Source of the DNA: Nitrospinota bacterium
GTDB taxonomy: Bacteria; UBA8248
DNA: 33,938 nt
Direction of reading: 5' to 3'
NCBI GenBank assembly: GCA_030754595.1
Contig: JASLZZ010000065.1
Span: 1 to 33,938, forward strand
The position numbers and the translations under genes are program-made. The notes under the pieces were generated by a model. The model was not told where the DNA came from and did no database searches. It worked only from the letters and a program-made list of their open reading frames with translations. Positions 16,527-26,396 of this stretch are shown piece after piece (the stretch's first letter is position 1; each line of letters opens with the position of its first letter).

Positions 16527-17707
16527 CCCCTCAGGGTGGCGAGCGATTCCCTGTCGCCGGGCTTCATGGAAAATGCAGGGAACGCTGCATCGTCGAGCCC
16601 CCGGGAGAGGAGCATGACCTTGATCGCTCCCCCGAGGCCGCCCGGATCAAGCAGCCCCATCGCCCCCCGGCGGTCTCCTGCGGCTTCGGTTTCGCTCCCC
16701 CCGCCTTTTTCGATGGCTTCGGAAATTCCTGCGCCCAACAGGAAATGGGTCTGGTCGGTGAACCCGGCCAGGGCGAGGCCTCCGGCTTCGGCGGCTCTCA
16801 GGATTGACGTGAAATCGACGTGGGCGGTCAGGTCGGTCTCGCCGGGGTTTTCGAGAGGGTCGTCTATAAGGGTATGGTCCCGGTAGCCGCGGATCGTCCC
16901 CTCTCTCCTCGATGGGTGATAAAGCACCCGGCTCGAGAATCCGTAGTCGAACAGCAGCGCCCCGCCGCAGCGCAGGTTCCGGGAAACGGTTTCGGTCCAT
17001 TCAAGGGCCGCGGGGCAAACCTCCGCCATCTGGCCGATCTCAAGCTCGATGCCAAGATCTATGAGCCAGCCACCGAGTTTTTCGTCCGAAAGGGGGCCCT
17101 CGCACATAGAGAGTTTCCCGTCCCGAAGCTCGACATATCGCTCGGCGAGGCCTTCCCCGGCTTGAACGAGGATGTGAACCGGAAGGGCATCAAGATATTC
17201 ATGGGCGATGACAAGACCATCGAACTGGCAGGGAGGGTTGAAGTTTTCGGGGGCTTCCAGGCGAGCCCCGGGGAGGCCGGGAGCCCCTTTCATCCAGCGC
17301 GAAAGTCGCTCCCGCATCCGGTCCGAGGCGGAGGCGCTTTGCTCGATCAGGACATATTCGAGCGCGCCGGAGAGGGTGTCCGGGCAGTTGGCCTCGATTT
17401 CCTCCAGTAAATCATGAGCCAGCCATCCTTCGCCGGGCCCGAATTCGTATACGGAAAAAGGAGCCGGGCGGTCCATGGCGCTCCATATCTCCTCGGCCTG
17501 CCGGGCGAGCATCCGTCCTAACCAGGGGCTTTGGTGGGGGCTGGTTTTAAAATCGCCGCCCCGCCCGACTCGGGGCGAGGGTTGGCGGTAGTAGCCGCCC
17601 TCGGGGTGGTAGAGGGAAAGCTCCATGAACCGCTTGAATGGAATCGGCCCGCTCCGGAGTTCGGCTTCGAGCGCCTGGGCCAGGGCGGGGTGTGCGCAAA
17701 TTTTCAT
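16523..17707 (-). CDS. SAM-dependent methyltransferase, MidA/NDUFAF7 family
   Basis: FMELSLYHPEGGYY, GDFKTSP, EFGPGEG, HEYLDALPV, DYG and DLTAHVDF. Start placed at ATG 17707. Confidence 0.9.
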   Translation of the reverse strand: MKICAHPALAQALEAELRSGPIPFKRFMELSLYHPEGGYYRQPSPRVGRGGDFKTSPHQSPWLGRMLARQAEEIWSAMDRPAPFSVYEFGPGEGWLAHDLLEEIEANCPDTLSGALEYVLIEQSASASDRMRERLSRWMKGAPGLPGARLEAPENFNPPCQFDGLVIAHEYLDALPVHILVQAGEGLAERYVELRDGKLSMCEGPLSDEKLGGWLIDLGIELEIGQMAEVCPAALEWTETVSRNLRCGGALLFDYGFSSRVLYHPSRREGTIRGYRDHTLIDDPLENPGETDLTAHVDFTSILRAAEAGGLALAGFTDQTHFLLGAGISEAIEKGGGSETEAAGDRRGAMGLLDPGGLGGAIKVMLLSRGLDDAAFPAFSMKPGDRESLATLRG

Positions 17708-17764
17708 GTCCGCTATTATAAGGTGTGTTGACGCGAGGTGGGGCCTCCCCGGGCCCGGCTCATC

Positions 17765-17793
17765 TTGATTCCCTCTGTCGCGCCTTCTATGCT
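17765..17793 (+). promoter_or_regulatory. Sigma70-type promoter for moaDE
   Basis: TTGATT-17bp-TATGCT. Confidence 0.5.
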
Positions 17794-17866
17794 GGCGCCG
17801 GATAGGATTTTCTCCGGGAATAACGCGCCTCTCCTTTAAGAGCCCACGGCGCCGAAAGGGTAAAGG

Positions 17867-18118
17867 ATGCTGGTTACAGTCAAATGCTTTGCTTGGGCGC
17901 GGGAAGTGACGGGCGGTGATGAAGTCGAACTCGAAGTCCCCGATGCGGGAACGGTGAGGGACCTGCGCGAGTCGCTGGGCAAGAAATTTCCCGCCTTCGC
18001 CGAGAGAATGGAGTCCATCGCGGTTTCGGTCAATCAGGAGTTCGCCGGAGACTCGCAAGGGGTCTCGGTCGGGGACGAGCTTGCCCTGATTCCCCCGATC
18101 AGCGGAGGGGTGTCGTGA
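17867..18118 (+). CDS. moaD: Molybdopterin synthase sulfur-carrier subunit (ends GG-V-S)
   Basis: VKCFAWAREVTG...AVSVNQEF...GDELALIPPISGG. Confidence 0.92.
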   Translation: MLVTVKCFAWAREVTGGDEVELEVPDAGTVRDLRESLGKKFPAFAERMESIAVSVNQEFAGDSQGVSVGDELALIPPISGGVS

Positions 18119-18546
18119 TCTGCCGAATCGTCGAGACGCCGGTCGATATGGACACCCTCATCGGGGATGTCGCCGAGGACGACATCGGCGGCGTATGCAC
18201 TTTCATCGGGCTCGTTCGGAACCACAGCCGGGGCCAGAGGGTCACCCACCTAGAGTATCACGCCTACCCCGAAATGTCGGAGAAAAAAATGCGGCAGGTG
18301 ATTGAGGAGGTCTCCGAGCGCTTCGGGGTGGATCGAATCGCAATGGAGCACCGGATCGGTACCCTCCAGATTGGCGAGATCGCCGTGGGAATCGCGGCTG
18401 CCTCAGCCCACAGGGACGCCTCCTTTAAGGCCTGCCGCTACGCCATCGACCGGATCAAGCAAATTGTCCCGATTTGGAAGAAGGAATTCGGCGAGGACGG
18501 TGCGGTCTGGGTGGAGGAATGCTCGGTGGACGCCGAAACTGCTTGA
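18115..18546 (+). CDS. moaE: Molybdopterin synthase catalytic subunit
   Basis: GGVCTFIGLVRN, LEYHAYPEM, HRIGTL, SAHR and KQIVPIWKKE. Confidence 0.95.
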   Translation: MICRIVETPVDMDTLIGDVAEDDIGGVCTFIGLVRNHSRGQRVTHLEYHAYPEMSEKKMRQVIEEVSERFGVDRIAMEHRIGTLQIGEIAVGIAAASAHRDASFKACRYAIDRIKQIVPIWKKEFGEDGAVWVEECSVDAETA

Positions 18547-18789
18547 AAAATATCTCCTAATAAATCTTTGACTTCTAAGAAAATCCGGGTAATATACTAG
18601 GAAATCGGACACGGGAAGTTGCTTGAACGTTTGTGATGCACCTCGGCGCGGGGTTTTTGTATTTGGAGAAATGCCCCCGAGACGCAAAGAAAATTTTTGG
18701 ACTAACGTGGTTTAACGATGTGAATCCATGATTTTCATGTCGTCGGTATTACCTTTAAGTTCTAAACAGACGGATAGGAGGGTTCCTAG

Positions 18790-19980
18790 ATGAAGCGCAG
18801 CCTGATTTTGAGTCTCGTTGCAGTGTTTGCCATCTCGCTTTCTTGGACCGCCAAGACCTGGGCCGCATCGGTGTCCGTAGGCGTGGCCGTTTCGCAGACG
18901 GGCCGCTATGCCGAGCCCGCAGGACGGTTTGTCAACTCTTGGAAAATGTATGTCGAGGAGACCAATGCCGCAGGTGGTTGGCTTGGTAAAAAGATCGACC
19001 TCAAACTCCTGGACGATAAATCCGACAAGCAGCAGAGCATCAAGCTCTTCGAAAAACTCATTACTCAGGATAAAGTCGATTTTACCATGGGGCCTTATTC
19101 ATCCGGAATCACGGATGCTGTGGCGAACATTCTTGAGCGCTACAAGTACCCGACGATGGCTCCCGGCGCCTCCTCCGGCATTATTTGGAAGAAGGGCCGT
19201 AAATACCTGTTCAACATCATTTCCGTCGCCCAGGACTACCAGAAGGGCGCGCTTCATATCGCCAAGGACATCGGCGTCAAACGCATCGCCGTTGTAGGCG
19301 AGGACAGCCTCTTTCCGCGCCAGACCGCTGAAGGCGTGAGGGCCTGGGCGAAAAAACTCGGACTGAAGATAGTTCTCGAGGAGAGCTATCCGAGAAAACA
19401 GCAGGACTTCACCGCTCTTCTCACGAAGATCAAGTCCCGCCGGGCCGAGGCGCTTATCTCGAACAGCTACTTCGCGGACGCTACCGCTCAAATACGCGGC
19501 CTGCGAGAGCTCAACATCAACCTGAAAATTTTTGCCGGGACCGTCGGCCCCGCGCTGCCGAAGTTCGCCAAGTCGCTCGGGAGCACGGCCGAGTACGTCC
19601 TCGGCTTCAGCCAGTGGGAGCCCAAGCCCGATTTGCTCAAGCGGCCCGGGATGAGAAAATTTATCGCCAGCTATGTGAAGCGCTATGGCGTGAAACCCAA
19701 CTACCATGCCGGGCAGTCGTATGGGTCCTTCCAGGTTTTGGGAGCGGCGGTCAAGGCGGCGGGAACCACGGATCGTCACAAAGTATGGCAGACGATGCGC
19801 TCGTTCCGCACGACAACGATCATCGGCCCCTGGAAAGTGGACAAGACCAACCTGAACAAACATGAAGGTCTTACCTTCCAGATTATCAACGGACAGCGGA
19901 AGATCGTATGGCCGGCCAAACTGGCCGAGACGAAGTACATCCTGCCGATGCCGAATTGGAAAAGCCGAAAGAAGAATTAA
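18790..19980 (+). CDS. Liv/HAAT-family ABC substrate-binding protein
   Basis: Signal peptide, SQTGRYA, NAAGGWLGKKI..DDKS and GPYSSG; GGAGG RBS. Confidence 0.9.
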   Translation: MKRSLILSLVAVFAISLSWTAKTWAASVSVGVAVSQTGRYAEPAGRFVNSWKMYVEETNAAGGWLGKKIDLKLLDDKSDKQQSIKLFEKLITQDKVDFTMGPYSSGITDAVANILERYKYPTMAPGASSGIIWKKGRKYLFNIISVAQDYQKGALHIAKDIGVKRIAVVGEDSLFPRQTAEGVRAWAKKLGLKIVLEESYPRKQQDFTALLTKIKSRRAEALISNSYFADATAQIRGLRELNINLKIFAGTVGPALPKFAKSLGSTAEYVLGFSQWEPKPDLLKRPGMRKFIASYVKRYGVKPNYHAGQSYGSFQVLGAAVKAAGTTDRHKVWQTMRSFRTTTIIGPWKVDKTNLNKHEGLTFQIINGQRKIVWPAKLAETKYILPMPNWKSRKKN

Positions 19981-20033
19981 TATCATCCACCGGTGCAAGG
20001 TATGGAATGAACGTTATCTACTAAGCGTACAGT

Positions 20034-20064
20034 GCCGGGGCCACGGCTGTGGCCCCGGCGTTTT
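20034..20064 (+). terminator. Strong hairpin after the SBP gene (terminator or mRNA stabiliser)
   Basis: GCCGGGGCCAC-GGCT-GTGGCCCCGGC followed by GTTTT. Confidence 0.7.
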
Positions 20065-20114
20065 GCATGAATTCTCGCATGGCCCGTTGCTGGCCGAAGG
20101 GATGTAGCCGACTC

Positions 20115-21101
20115 GTGGAAAAGGCTGAACGCAGAAGCGCATACATGCTGGCCGGGTTTCTTGTCCTTGCCTATACCATGCCTTTTGCTATCGGTATCTA
20201 CACCGAAAACGTGTTCTTTGATCGGCAATGGCTCGCCGACCTTGCGACCGTTGTTTTGAACGGGGTGATGCAGGGGGGCGTTTATGCGATGTTCGCCGTC
20301 GGTCTGACGATGATCTTCGGCGTCATGCGCATCATCAACGTGGCACACGGCGAAATGGTCATGCTGGGCGCCTACCTGAGCTGGATGTCGTTTTTCTGGC
20401 TCGGGTTCGATCCGCTTCTTGCCATGGTATTCACCCTGCCCATCGCCTTCGGCCTGGGGTGGATGATTCAGAAATTTCTTTTGAACGCCGTCGTCGGCGG
20501 TCCCGAGCTCACTCCCCTGCTCATGACCTTCGGCCTTGGCCTCGCGATGATTTATGCCGTCGAGGCGGTTTTCACGACGGACTTCAAGTCGATCCCCTAT
20601 GCTCCTGACTCATTCCAGCTGTCGGGATCCATTGTGGTCGGAAAAAGCCGGTTAATCAGTTTCGTGATGGCCCTGGTGATTTCCGTTGGCGTTTTCATGT
20701 TTTTAAAGAAACACCGCATCGGCAAGGCCATCCGGGCCACATCCCAGAACGCCGACGTGGCGATGGTGTGTGGAATTAATATATACGGCATTTACATGAT
20801 CACATCGGGTATCAGCGCCGCCCTCGCCGTCGCGGGCGGGGTGCTGGTTTCGATACAATTCGGTTTCAATCCCGAGACCGGAATTATTTATACTCTCCAG
20901 GCTTTCGCAATCATCGTTCTTGGCGGCCGCGGCCACTACATCGGAGCGATGATCGGCGGAGTCATGTTGGCCGTCATGGAAAGTCTCATTTCCTTCATGC
21001 TTCCGAACGGAACGGCGCTGGTCGAGATCGCCGCCTACGGCCTGATGATATTCGTCCTGTTGATTCGGCCCCGGGGTCTGATGGGTCCGAAGACGGACTA
21101 A
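20115..21101 (+). CDS. livH: Branched-chain amino acid ABC permease LivH-like (start uncertain)
   Basis: AVGLTMIFGVMRIINVAHGE, GKAIRATSQN, IVLGGRG and LIRPRGLMG. Confidence 0.9.
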   Translation: MEKAERRSAYMLAGFLVLAYTMPFAIGIYTENVFFDRQWLADLATVVLNGVMQGGVYAMFAVGLTMIFGVMRIINVAHGEMVMLGAYLSWMSFFWLGFDPLLAMVFTLPIAFGLGWMIQKFLLNAVVGGPELTPLLMTFGLGLAMIYAVEAVFTTDFKSIPYAPDSFQLSGSIVVGKSRLISFVMALVISVGVFMFLKKHRIGKAIRATSQNADVAMVCGINIYGIYMITSGISAALAVAGGVLVSIQFGFNPETGIIYTLQAFAIIVLGGRGHYIGAMIGGVMLAVMESLISFMLPNGTALVEIAAYGLMIFVLLIRPRGLMGPKTD

Positions 21102-21115
21102 ATGCGGAGATAATT

Positions 21116-22054
21116 GTGAGCACGCGGGATAATTGGCGTAACCTTGGATTACTGGCCGGTGTGGTAGTGCTCCTTTTGTTCGTCCCGCCGGTTTTCACTA
21201 TCTATATTCGCTCGTTTTTCATGTTCATGATGATGTATGTGATTCTCTCCCTGAGCTGGAACATCATCAGCGGATATACGGGCTATATCTCGTTCGGCCA
21301 TGTCGTCTTTTACGGGGTCGGCACCTATGCCACCGCGATTCTGGTGGTGGACTACGGGTGGCACTGGATAATGGCCGTCGCCGCCTCAGGTTTGGTGGGG
21401 GCCGTATTCGCCATCCTGATCGGATATCCGGTCCTTAGGCTGAAGGGTCCCTACTTCGCCATCGCCATGCTCGGCGCGGCCGAGGGGACCCGGGTCATCG
21501 CCATCAACTGGGTGAGCCTGACCCACGGGGCCGACGGCATCGCCTATCCCAACATCGAGAATTCGTTTGAGACCTACATCGCGATGCTCGTCGTGATGGT
21601 GATCACCATTATCGTCTCCTACTGGGTGGGACATTCGAGATTCGGCATCCGGCTCAACGCCATCCGCGAGGATGAAATCGCGGCCGAGTCGCTGGGGGTC
21701 AACACCACTTTCTACAAATTGGCGGCCCTGGGTATTTCGGCGATGTTTGCGGCCATGGCCGGCGGCATTCAGGGCTACAAAATACTTTATATCGAACCCG
21801 AATCGGAATTTTTCATCCTCGTCACGATTTATATGAAACTCTTCGCGATGTTCGGCGGAAGGGGAACCGTCATTGGACCGATTCTCGGGGCGTTTATTCT
21901 ATATTCCGTTCAGGAGTACACTTGGATTCGTTTTCCGACGGCTCATCTCATTACATTTGGCATTTTTATCATTCTCGTGGCGCGTTTCATGCCTCGCGGC
22001 CTGATGGGATTCGCCGTGGATCGCGGCTGGGCCCGAAAGGGAATGGTTCACTAG
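21116..22054 (+). CDS. livM: Branched-chain amino acid ABC permease LivM-like
   Basis: SWNIISGYTGYISFGH, LRLKGPYFAI, AIREDEIAAESLG and GGRGTVIGP. Confidence 0.92.
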   Translation: MSTRDNWRNLGLLAGVVVLLLFVPPVFTIYIRSFFMFMMMYVILSLSWNIISGYTGYISFGHVVFYGVGTYATAILVVDYGWHWIMAVAASGLVGAVFAILIGYPVLRLKGPYFAIAMLGAAEGTRVIAINWVSLTHGADGIAYPNIENSFETYIAMLVVMVITIIVSYWVGHSRFGIRLNAIREDEIAAESLGVNTTFYKLAALGISAMFAAMAGGIQGYKILYIEPESEFFILVTIYMKLFAMFGGRGTVIGPILGAFILYSVQEYTWIRFPTAHLITFGIFIILVARFMPRGLMGFAVDRGWARKGMVH

Positions 22055-22076
22055 GATTTTTTTGGATAAAGGAAAA

Positions 22077-22805
22077 ATGGCGGAAACAAACGAAATCGCA
22101 CTCCAGGTAAAAGACCTGAAAAAACACTTCGGCGGAATCAAGGCCGTTGACGGGTGCAGCTTCGATCTGCCCAAGGGGAAAATTTCGGGTCTCATCGGCC
22201 CTAACGGTTCGGGGAAGACGACGATCTTCAACCTCATGACGGGAGTCCTTGGGGCGGACAGCGGCGAGGTGGTTTATCGGGGCGAAAATATCGTCAATCT
22301 GAGGCCCTACCAGGTATTCAACAAGGGAATCAGCCGGACCTTCCAGATTACGCGCATCTACCGCGAGATGACGGTTTTCGAGAACATGCTTTCGGCTTCG
22401 AGCATGCGCGTGCCCGAAAGCGAGGCGAGGGAGCAGGCCGAAAAGCTCATGGAGTTCGTCACCCTGACCCCGCTGCGGGGCGAATACGGGGGAAATCTCT
22501 CCTATGGGCAGCAGAAACTTCTCGAGTTCGCGCGCGCGTTGATGACCGATCCGGACATCATCCTCCTCGACGAGCCGGCCGCCGGCGTCAACCGGACGCT
22601 CCTTCAAAACCTCCTGGCCCATATTCATCATCTTCAGGAGGAGGAGGGGAAGACCATTCTGATCATTGAGCATGATATGAATGTAATTATGAACCATTGT
22701 GAAAAAATTTTCGTGATGGACTACGGGGTGAAGATTGCCGAGGGACTGCCCGATGAAATTCAGAATAACGAGTACGTTATCGAAGCCTATTTTGGACACA
22801 AATAA
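22077..22805 (+). CDS. livG: ABC ATPase LivG-like
   Basis: FGGIKAV, GPNGSGKTT, RTFQ, LSYGQQK, LLDEPAAG and IEHDM. Confidence 0.94.
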   Translation: MAETNEIALQVKDLKKHFGGIKAVDGCSFDLPKGKISGLIGPNGSGKTTIFNLMTGVLGADSGEVVYRGENIVNLRPYQVFNKGISRTFQITRIYREMTVFENMLSASSMRVPESEAREQAEKLMEFVTLTPLRGEYGGNLSYGQQKLLEFARALMTDPDIILLDEPAAGVNRTLLQNLLAHIHHLQEEEGKTILIIEHDMNVIMNHCEKIFVMDYGVKIAEGLPDEIQNNEYVIEAYFGHK

Positions 22806-23516
22806 ATGGCCTTGCTAGAGCTGAAAAATATCGATGCGGGCTACGGCCGGAGTCAGATCCTCTACGGCGTTTCCCTCGAAGTGATGGAAAAAGAGGTGGT
22901 CTGCGTCATCGGCCCGAACGGCGCGGGAAAATCGACCACTTTTAAAATCATCATGGGGTTCATCAACTACCTGGGCGGCGAAATCACCTTCAACGGAGCA
23001 AATATCGTGGGATTCCGGCCCGATCAGATACTCGGCAAGGGGCTGGGATACGTCCCCCAGGGGCGAATTGTGTTTAATCAAATGACCGTTCGCGAGAATC
23101 TCGATATGGGCGCCTACATCGAACGGGACAAGAAAAAGATTGAAGAAGCGATGGATTACGTTTTTACCCTCTTCCCCCGTCTCGCGGAGCGCCAGAAGCA
23201 GCTGGGTGGCACCATGAGCGGCGGGGAGCAGCAGATGCTGGCCATGGGCCGGGCGCTGATGACCCGCCCACAGATGATCATGATCGACGAGCCTTCGCTG
23301 GGCCTGAGCCCCCGGTTTGTGAGTGAGGTTTTTGAGTTGATACTGCGCCTCGCGGAGGAGGGGCTGACCATCATGGTGGTCGAGCAAAACGCCACCCGGG
23401 CCCTCGAAATTTCCGACCGCGGTTACGTCCTCGAGTTGGGCCGGAACCGATACGAGGGGACCGGGCAGGAACTCCTCAACAACCAGGATGTCCGAAGGAT
23501 GTACCTCGGCGGCTGA
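22806..23516 (+). CDS. livF: ABC ATPase LivF-like
   Basis: GPNGAGKST, FPRLAER, MSGGEQQML, DEPSLGLSP and VEQNA. Confidence 0.94.
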   Translation: MALLELKNIDAGYGRSQILYGVSLEVMEKEVVCVIGPNGAGKSTTFKIIMGFINYLGGEITFNGANIVGFRPDQILGKGLGYVPQGRIVFNQMTVRENLDMGAYIERDKKKIEEAMDYVFTLFPRLAERQKQLGGTMSGGEQQMLAMGRALMTRPQMIMIDEPSLGLSPRFVSEVFELILRLAEEGLTIMVVEQNATRALEISDRGYVLELGRNRYEGTGQELLNNQDVRRMYLGG

Positions 23517-23650
23517 CGCGGCTGTTCCCCCCCCCCGCCTATTAGGGTGGGTCCTCTTCTCTCCTGGATACTTCTAACTGTTTCGGATCGAATGCCTTTT
23601 CCCCTCCAGCGGGATTGGTGTATTGTTTGCCGCCGGGAGGATGGAGCGGT

Positions 23651-24289
23651 ATGATTCGCGTCAAGATTTGCGGCGTAACGACAACTGACGATGCTCGCTA
23701 TGCCCTTGATTGCGGGGCGGATGCGCTGGGCATCAATTTCGTACCCGGGACGCCCAGGTGTCTCGACGAGGCGGTGGCCGCCGAAATAGTGGCGGAGTTG
23801 CCTCCGTTCGGGGTCCGGGTCGGCGTGTTCGTGGACGAAACCGCCCAGCGGGTGGAGTCGATCGCCCGGCGAGTTGGCTTGGACGCCGTGCAACTCCACG
23901 GGGAGGAAACCCCCGAGACCTGCGGCCGACTCATCGATCGCGGCCTGCGTGTCATTCGGGGCCTTCGCGTGCGGGGTGCGGAGACCATCGAGGAAGCCGC
24001 CCGCTACCCGGACTGCACCATACTTCTCGACGCTTTTGTAAAAGGCGAGCTCGGCGGCACGGGGAAGACCTTCGATTGGTCGCTAGCCCGCGAGCTGGCT
24101 TCGGGCCGCGAGGTGATTCTTTCGGGGGGGCTGAAGCCCGGAAACGTCGCCGAGGCCGTCCGGCAGGCCAACCCCTACGGGGTGGATTCGAGCAGCGGGA
24201 TAGAAGGGCGGGTTCCGGGGCGAAAAGATCCGGCGCTCGTCAGGGAATTTATCGGGAACGCGCGGCTTGCGGCGGCTCATCAAGACTGA
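23651..24289 (+). CDS. trpF: Phosphoribosylanthranilate isomerase
   Basis: [25 protein letters not shown] and GVDSSSG. Confidence 0.96.
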   Translation: MIRVKICGVTTTDDARYALDCGADALGINFVPGTPRCLDEAVAAEIVAELPPFGVRVGVFVDETAQRVESIARRVGLDAVQLHGEETPETCGRLIDRGLRVIRGLRVRGAETIEEAARYPDCTILLDAFVKGELGGTGKTFDWSLARELASGREVILSGGLKPGNVAEAVRQANPYGVDSSSGIEGRVPGRKDPALVREFIGNARLAAAHQD

Positions 24290-24302
24290 TTGCGGAGATG
24301 AG

Positions 24303-25520
24303 ATGGAAAAGATTGCCGATAAGGGGCGCTTCGGGACTTTCGGGGGAAGATATGTCCCCGAAACACTCATGCCGGCCCTCGAGGAACTAGAGGCCGCCTA
24401 TGAAGAGGTTCGCGAGGACCCCGCTTTCCATGAGGAGCTTGGCGAATTTCTGGAGAAATACGTCGGCCGCCCGACCCCGCTCTACCATGCCGCGCGGCTT
24501 TCCGAGGATCTGGGCTCGCTCAACATTTATCTTAAGCGCGAGGATCTTTGTCACACGGGCGCTCACAAGATCAACAACACCCTCGCCCAGGTCCTCCTGG
24601 CCAAGCGGCTTGGAAAAACACGCATCATCGCCGAAACCGGCGCGGGCCAGCACGGCGTCGCGACGGCCACGGCCGCCGCGCTCTTCGGGCTCGAGTGCGA
24701 TGTCTATATGGGCGAGGAGGATGTCGACCGCCAGGCGCTCAACGTATTCCGGATGCACCTTTTGGGCGCCCGGGTGATTCCGGTGACCTCGGGCAGTTGC
24801 ACCCTCAAGGACGCAACGAACGAAACCCTGCGGGACTGGACCGCCTCGGTCCGCACGACGCACTACATCATCGGTTCCGTCGTGGGACCCAATCCGTTTC
24901 CGCGCATGATTCGCGATTTCCAGTCGATCATCGGCCGCGAGGCGCGCGGCCAGATTCTCGAGGCCGAGGGACGGCTTCCCGACGCCTGCGTCGCCTGCGT
25001 GGGTGGCGGAAGCAACGCCATCGGTCTTTTTCATCCGTTCGTGGATGATGCCGGCGTCGAACTCATCGGTGTCGAGGCCGCGGGCCGCGGAATCAAGACC
25101 GGGGAGCACGGGGCCTCGCTCAACGCGGGGCGCGTGGGCGTGCTGCACGGGTGCCAGATGCATTTGCTCTACGACGACGACGGGCAGATCATACCCGCCC
25201 ACTCGGTGTCGGCGGGGCTCGACTACCCCGGCGTCGGGCCGGAGCACTCCTATCTGAAGGACTCGGGCCGGGCACGGTATTACGCCATCGGGGATACGGA
25301 CGCCCTGCGGGGATTCAAACGCCTTTCGCTCCTCGAGGGAATTATTCCGGCGCTCGAGAGCGCGCACGCCATCGCCTTCCTCGGCGTTCTGGACGAGGAA
25401 GTCCGCCAGGCGGGCGAAACGAAAACAGTATTAGTGTGTCTCTCGGGCCGGGGAGACAAGGATGTCCAGCAGGCCGAGGGCCTGCTGCGCGAACTCTCGG
25501 ACGAAGAGGCGGAGGGGTGA
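24303..25520 (+). CDS. trpB: Tryptophan synthase beta chain
   Basis: [45 protein letters not shown] and LSGRGDKD. Confidence 0.98.
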   Translation: MEKIADKGRFGTFGGRYVPETLMPALEELEAAYEEVREDPAFHEELGEFLEKYVGRPTPLYHAARLSEDLGSLNIYLKREDLCHTGAHKINNTLAQVLLAKRLGKTRIIAETGAGQHGVATATAAALFGLECDVYMGEEDVDRQALNVFRMHLLGARVIPVTSGSCTLKDATNETLRDWTASVRTTHYIIGSVVGPNPFPRMIRDFQSIIGREARGQILEAEGRLPDACVACVGGGSNAIGLFHPFVDDAGVELIGVEAAGRGIKTGEHGASLNAGRVGVLHGCQMHLLYDDDGQIIPAHSVSAGLDYPGVGPEHSYLKDSGRARYYAIGDTDALRGFKRLSLLEGIIPALESAHAIAFLGVLDEEVRQAGETKTVLVCLSGRGDKDVQQAEGLLRELSDEEAEG

Positions 25521-26344
25521 TGCAAAGCTCGGGAAGATTCGAAGCGCTGTTCGAGCGCCTCTCCGTCGAGGGCCGCCCGGGTCTCTACCCCTTTCTCACG
25601 GCGGGGGACCCGAATCTGGACTTCACCCGGCGCCTGATTCCGGCGCTGGCCGCCGCAGGAGCCGACGGGTTCGAGATCGGGGTACCGTTCAGCGATCCGC
25701 TCGCGGACGGGCCGACCATTCAGCGGGCGAGCATGCGCTCGCTCGAGGGCGGAACCACGCTTCGAAGCGTCATTGATCTGGTCGCCGGGGTGCGGGCCGA
25801 GGCGCCCGACCCGCCAATGGTGCTGATGACCTACTATAATCCGATCATCGCGTTTGGGATCAAGGAATTTTGCGCCGAGGCGGCCCGGGCCGGCGCGGAC
25901 GCGGTCATCGTGCCCGACCTTCCGCCCGAGGAGGCCGGCGAACTCTTCGAGGCGATGGCCGAGGTGCCGCTCGAGCCGATTTTCATGCTTGCTCCGACGA
26001 GCACGGACGCGCGCATCGATCTCGTGAACCGATCGGGAGGCGGGTTTATCTACTATGTCGCGCAGATGGGGGTCACGGGCGCGAGGGACTCCCTGGCCTC
26101 CGACCTGGGGGGCGCCCTCGAGCGGATCAACAGGGTGAAGAACCGCCCGGTGGCGGTCGGCTTCGGCATCAAGTCCCCGGAGCAGGCGACCGAGGCGGGC
26201 GCGCTGGGCGACGGCGTGATCGTGGGCAGCGCCCTGATCGATGTCATGGAAAAAGAAGAAGGAGAAGAGGAGAAACTCGGGGCGGCATGCCGGTTCATCG
26301 AGTCTCTCAGAAGCGCGCTCGAAAAATCCAGGACAGCCACCTGA
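25520..26344 (+). CDS. trpA: Tryptophan synthase alpha chain
   Basis: TAGDP, EIGVPFSDPLADGPTIQ, MTYYNP, PDLPPEE, GVTGAR and VGFGI; overlaps the trpB stop. Confidence 0.97.
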   Translation: MQSSGRFEALFERLSVEGRPGLYPFLTAGDPNLDFTRRLIPALAAAGADGFEIGVPFSDPLADGPTIQRASMRSLEGGTTLRSVIDLVAGVRAEAPDPPMVLMTYYNPIIAFGIKEFCAEAARAGADAVIVPDLPPEEAGELFEAMAEVPLEPIFMLAPTSTDARIDLVNRSGGGFIYYVAQMGVTGARDSLASDLGGALERINRVKNRPVAVGFGIKSPEQATEAGALGDGVIVGSALIDVMEKEEGEEEKLGAACRFIESLRSALEKSRTAT

Positions 26345-26396
26345 TATTAATCTTCGCATCAACATCGGTTTCGCCGAATAGCTGAAGGAACGAGTC

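Noticed and set aside
17708..18058. N-terminal extension of the MidA-family ORF
   Set aside because: Antisense to moaD and its promoter; family similarity starts after Met at 17707.
18116..18118. TGA stops of moaD, Rieske, the B12 subunit and others as further Sec codons
   Set aside because: They lie at natural protein ends and are followed by or overlap the next gene; no Cys-motif context.
18630..18745. CRP/FNR-like sites (TGTGA half sites) upstream of the Liv SBP
   Set aside because: The matching TCACA half site is absent at the correct spacing.
23517..23650. Trp attenuator or T-box upstream of trpF
   Set aside because: No Trp-rich leader peptide or T-box motif seen; only a C9 tract and a weak hairpin.
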